NCBI RefSeq assembly: GCF_009914755.1
Contig: NC_060934.1
From: the human T2T-CHM13v2.0 reference genome, Homo sapiens
Reading direction: 5' to 3' (one strand)
Length of the DNA: 64,000 nucleotides
The position numbers were made by a program, and so were the translations under genes. The notes under the pieces were generated by a model that saw only the letters and a program-made list of their open reading frames with translations, ran no database searches and was not told where the DNA came from. Each line of letters opens with the position of its first letter. The stretch's first letter is position 1. Of this stretch, positions 55,601-64,000 are shown one piece after another.

Positions 55601-57689
55601 TTTCTCTGCAGTATTAACCAAAGTCAAAACTGACAAGGCAGAGATTTGCTGACTATTGTTGGAGATTAGTAGAATCTTTAGCAACTCTCCTTGGTAAAAG
55701 AAAAAAAAATCTTGTTTCATTTGATAAGCAATGAGGTTTGGAGTCAACAAACCTGAGATCAAATTAGGTTTGTAGGAGTCAGTTCCTGTTTCTTAATTTG
55801 TAGTATTATTTAAATGACATTTAAATTTGAGATTCAATGAGGTAAGGAGGGGGAAAGTAGCTAAAACAGAACCTAACATGCAGGGAATGCATATTAAATT
55901 CAATGCATGTCAGTTGAATTTAGTTTCCTAACTAGTAGCCTTTAATGTTAGAGTAGACATAAAAATTTCTGACCTTCGTTTCCCTTTGAATTTAGATTTT
56001 TGAAATGTAATAAATACCTATTGCTTTTCTCACTGAAAATAAAAGTGTGTTAGGAAAATGGTTTAACAGGTTTTAAGTGAAATATTTTTACATTGACATA
56101 ATTATTCTCCAGGATGTCCACACACTTCCTAAGTAAGAGTTTGTGATTAAAAGAAAACCTATGCCTAGATAACTTGTGTTAGATCCTGAAGGCTACCCAG
56201 TTCTCTGAGGTTAGGAGTTGCCTGGCCTCAAGTCTTTTAAAAAGTTATTGATTCAGGCCTTGCTAATTTGGAATTAAGCTAAAGTTGACCTTTGCATTAA
56301 TTTTGAAGGCAACGTTTTCTGCACAAATTAATTTAAGACATGATAGGAGAGATTTGCTGATATTCAAACCATTTGAGAATCAAAGCACTTAAAAATACCA
56401 CATATCTTCTTCTAATTACAAGTGGATTTTGAAATAGATCCTCTTATGATTCTGCCTTTTATTGACAGCTACCATGGTTACATATAACTTGATAATAAAA
56501 ATATTTTGTTTTCAATTTTTTTGGTAATTTAGTTCACTTCTTTTTCATTGCTATAGCTGAGAATTTGCTATTTAGAGCCTTAGATAGCCAAGGATTCAAC
56601 AGGAGAATCATCTGTGTCTGTTTAGAAGGGGAAGGAGGGATTCCGACAGTTGAGAGATCTGTCTTTTGAATAGGGGGCTTTGGAACAGTTGTGGACCTTG
56701 AGCCTAACTATGGGTGCTGCCAATGCTTATTTGTGATAGTGCTGTATCTTTTTTTGAATTGGAAGTGGGGATGCTCCTGGTGCCCCCGTGTGGAAAACTA
56801 GTGGTGCAACACCTTTAAGAACCCCAGTTGTGCAGGATTGGAAACTGAAGGAAGCTAGGACATTGCCTAGAATTTTAGAGGTTAACTTTGTGCTTTGATG
56901 GCTTAACTCTGTAAGAGTCAGTTTCCTACAGCAAAAAGGAGGATAGATGGTCTTTGAAGATGCTAAATAGAGACTTAAGAGATGGCTGGTGTTATATTGT
57001 TCTCTGTGTTTTTATGTGTTTAAAAAAATTTACGGAAATACTTAAATACATTTAAAGTGATTAGTCTGTTGTTTCAGCTTCTCCTGGTGTATCCTGGGAG
57101 ATTTTATGCTAGTTTCCTGATAGTCCTCGTGAATCCTGGTTGTAAAAAATAAGCTGAGACCCATTTATTCTATCCTGCATCTTCTTCCAGGTGAGGGATA
57201 GTAAGGGAACTAAGAAGGAGGAATAGCAGGGAAGGTCAGAAAACACTTCTAAATTATATTACTTTGAGGGGTTTATTTGTAGAATTAAAATTAAACTGCT
57301 AGATTAACATTTTCAATTGTTTCTTCCAACCAGTAATTCCAAGTTTTTCAGGTTAATTGAATATAGTGAAATATCATCCAGTGTGTGCATTTCAAAACAA
57401 GATGTAAAAGAACTGTGATTTGTGGCACCACATACTAACGAGGCTTCCCTGAGGTGGGAAGGGCTTTGGCAAGGCTGCAGTAGATGAATGTTGACTAGTG
57501 GAAAGGCTGACAATGAGGCATGTGACAACAGGGCTTTTTCCTGCTGAAGACATTAAACATATTCTGGCTTGAGCAATTTTACCAGTTTTCACAGTTTTAG
57601 CAATAGGGAACCCAATTCCACTCTGTTTAGCAACAGAGTAGAATTAACTGAATATTTGCATGCAAGATGCTGCATTTTGACAGAAATGA

Positions 57690-57956
<267 letters not shown>

Positions 57957-58576
57957 TGATCAATACAACGAGAAGCTAAAAACCAAGCAAATGAAAGAAA
58001 GAAATTTTCCCATAATCTCATCATCTGAGAGAACTACTGTAACATTATGGGGCATACCCCATTATCTGATAGTTCTGAGTAACTGAAGCAAGTAGTAGGC
58101 CTTACAAGGATGAAGGGAATAGATTCGATCACCTCTAATCACGGAGGAGTAAGTCATACTGAGCTGGGCATTCTTTGCAAAATTTTTGGTTCTCCCCTTC
58201 CCTGAATCCAAAAGGTAATTATTTTGAATGAAAGTTCTTCTCTTCCAGTTCCCATTGAGCAGACTTCCATTTATGTCAACAGAGTTCTTAATTAAGCAGA
58301 TTAAATCATGATGCCAATGAGAATTGGAAAGTTGACTGTATAAAGATAAGACCCAAATAGGTTATTGAACTAGGCTTTATTGATTTTCTAATCTAATATT
58401 TATTCTGTTTTAGATTAATATTTGAATGAATGTGAAAAACCTAAAGTAGGTTGGAGGTGCTAAATACTATTAAATTGTTAGAGTCTGTTTTCATCATCCA
58501 TATTCTTACCACAAGCTACTTAGTATCTCCAAATAGATACAGTTCCAAGTATCTTTTTTTGCGTGTCTGTTGTTGA

Positions 58577-58903
<327 letters not shown>

Positions 58904-59056
58904 TAAAAGTTCCTCTGTCCTTACAGAGCAGTAGTGGGTAACTCACTCCTAACAGGGTGATTCAGAAAACAAGCCTCTGCCAGTTTTGAGTTATCTCTTT
59001 GGCTAGTAGATAACAGAGATATTATAGTCTATTAAATTCTTTTGAGATGGAGGTGA

Positions 59057-60580
<1,524 letters not shown>

Positions 60581-61234
60581 TTGAACTTTTAAAATACACA
60601 AATGCCTAATAGTAAAGTTGAAACTTGTTCCGTAATTGAAACTGAAACACAAATCTAGTTTCTAATTTACTAGCCATAGGCTTATGAAAAATAAAGGGGC
60701 AGTGGTGAAGTCTGGCATGGGTAAATACATTTTACGGAGGATGGGGAGAAAGAAACATAGCGTGAAAACATTGGAATTATTTCACCTCATAAAAAAATCA
60801 TTTAACTAGGTTATCCTCTAAGTTGGTAATTTCTGGGCTTTTTTGAGTTTCCTTTTCATGATTATTTATTCGGATTCATAATTATTTACCTTCCTTTTAC
60901 CCTCCTAAAGCCTTGGCCTTTAGAGCTTTTCTCCCCATAAACTAAATAAACATAGTTTGCTATTGAGAAAACTCAATATAATATAAATTTGTTTGGAATT
61001 CATACAGATGAACTCATCCATAGTGATAATGAAGTTCTAAAAGATTTTTATAGAATTTTATGGTATGGACATTACGAAAACTTGGAATAGGATGAGACAC
61101 TCATGAAACATCATGAGATAATTAGGATACACAGGGTCTACATACAAACAGGGCTCAGAAACACTCCTCTACATGCAGTGCACCATTATACCTGGTCTCC
61201 AATATTAGTGCAATAGACATAAGAATGCAGATCT

Positions 61235-61555
61235 TATTTATTTATTTTTATTTTATTTTATTTTATTTTTTTGAGACAAGAGTTTTGCTCTTATTGCCCA
61301 GGCTGGAGTGCAATAGCATGATCTTGGCTCACTGTAACTTCCGCCTCCTGGGTTCAAGGCATTCTCCTGCCTCAGCCTCTTGAGTACCTGGGATTACAGG
61401 CATGCGCCACCATGCCTGGCTAATTTTTGTATTTTAATAGAGACGGGGTTTCACCATGTTGATCAGGCTGGTCTTGAACTCCTGACCTCAGGTGATCCGC
61501 CTGCTGCGGCCTCCCAAAGTGCTGGGATTACGGGTGTGAGCCACTGTGCCTGGCC
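61235..61555 (-). mobile_element. Alu, antisense
   Basis: (TTTTA)n tail; TSD aagaatgc(a/g)gatctta. Confidence 0.93.
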
Positions 61556-61574
61556 AAGAATGCGGATCTTAAAG

Positions 61575-61745
61575 GCGTGGTTCTTAACCTTTTGTGGACC
61601 AAGATCACTTCTATCATCTGATGAAAACATTCATCCTTACCTAAAAAGATGCATATAAACATGCCCATACAATATTATGTATAATTTCTAGAGGTTCCTG
61701 GATTCCCTGCAGCCCTGGAAGCTCCAGGACTTTCAGGTTGCGTCT
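61575..61745. mobile_element. MER117-like hAT fragment
   Basis: ggttcttaaccttttgtgg...tctgatgaaaac...aatttctagaggttc. Confidence 0.5.
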
Positions 61746-62671
61746 CTATGTTGAAGGGGAAAGAAACAGCTTAAATAAATGTGATCCCATTGAGTTCAGT
61801 GAATCTTTTCTCCTGCTGAGAAGCAGTCTCCTCTGTCATGAGCATGGTAAGAACTTTGCAAAAAGGACAAAAAGAAGTTTTGTTCTCATTCGGAGAAATG
61901 CCAGTGCAGTTTGATAGGATTCTTGGCTCTTCTGATTTCTCACTTTTGTGTCTTTTGTCTGCAACCTTTTCCCAGTGTGGTAGCCAGTTTTCACTTGGAA
62001 TTCTCAAATACACAGTTGTATGTGTTTAGAGAAAGATGAGTATGAGCAAGAGAATGAGGTAGTTATTGTAGGGGTTCCACCATTAATCTGTAAAGAGAAA
62101 AGGCTAGAACAGTGAAGGGTAACTATGGTCCTGCTTCACAGTGGAGCCTGCAATATCCTTTCCTGATGAAAGATTAGAAAGTTATCTCCCTGTAGTCCTT
62201 TCTTAAGTGTACCCAGCTGTTTAATATTTTAGTGGCTGAAATGCGGTAACAATTTCTTCTTGATATTCTGTTCAGTCACACAGGGTTTCTAGGTTGCTAG
62301 TATATATTTTTACCCCCATGAGACTCAATAAAATCTTTCTGTTTTGAATGAAAAAACTGTGTAGCCCATAAATAGTTTTACTTTTTCACAGTTGGACTCT
62401 TTTTTAAAAAAAAAATTTCTAAATTTCCAGCCTCAGAGAAGTTATTATTTTGTAATATACAGTTGGACTCTTTTAACAAAAAGATCTCTCATCATGAAGT
62501 AGTAGATTTGAAGAAAAAAAGCACATTAAATCCTAAAGACTATGTTTCCTAAAAGTCTTCCCCTCTTCTGCCACATAAAAGGAAGGCCTCAACTTCAAGG
62601 AAAAAGTGTATATATACCTTTTATATACCCGGCAATAAATGAATGATTCATTACCTCAAGTTTTGGTATAG

Positions 62672-63405
<734 letters not shown>

Positions 63406-64000
63406 CCCACAGAGGCTAGATAGATGAATGACAGATCAATACTATTATGAAGGGAAGCAAAGGTGTTTTGGAGTTTATCCTAAAAATAGAAGTTCTGATT
63501 AGGATAATCAGCCATGCCATTCTACCAAATGGTAAAGTTACTGCCCCTATCATTGAGTTTACCAGCCTGCTTGGATTAAAACAATCTGGATTGTAAAATG
63601 AGGGCAAATCATACTTTGTGACTTGGAAAGTAAATAAGGAAAACAAGTAAATAGGGAAAGTAAATAGAGAAACAAGTTTCCATGAACTCATATCATTTTT
63701 AGTAGTAATAGCATATCATTTCTGAGAGAGGAAAATAGTGAAATCAGTTCTTTAGGAACTTGATGGGAAACAGTGGTTTCCTATCACCATGTGCTCAGTA
63801 TTAGCTAGTTTCGATTATTTATATATTTATAGGTTGCCTAGGAGGAAGGTAGGCATTTAAGATTATCATTAGGTTCATTATAAAAATGATGATAATTCAG
63901 TAATAATGATAGATTTTTATTGCCAGTGTTTTCAAGTATATTATTTTGATGCTTGAAGCCACTCCATAAGATAAGTGGGGAAAATGTATTACCTACCTTC

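Overview
Primate (almost certainly human) genomic DNA from the vinculin gene VCL on the + strand, running from inside intron 1 to inside intron 8. Seven coding exons (exons 2-8, about residues V57-R341: head domain D1 and the start of D2) have canonical GT-AG boundaries and consistent phases. Most of the rest is Alu (several dozen copies, many nested or inverted), old L1/L2/MIR, solo LTRs (LTR9-like, MER66-like, MER21-like, MLT1) and DNA-transposon relics (MER2, MER3, MER102, MER103, MER85). Repeat family names come from memory of consensus sequences, and repeat boundaries are approximate. The most interesting region is the Alu-free, phase-0 intron 6, which sits at the D1/D2 boundary. It holds (i) a candidate 3-nt AAG microexon or zero-length recursive splice site with a long AG-free pyrimidine tract and downstream RBFOX/MBNL motifs, (ii) an in-frame read-through that adds a hydrophobic, tail-anchor-like C-terminus to D1, (iii) a candidate alternative last exon and (iv) a weak exon-7 acceptor. 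Separately, a MER85 piggyBac MITE in intron 1 has an intact CSB-PGBD3 palindrome that is also a perfect CArG (SRF) box.
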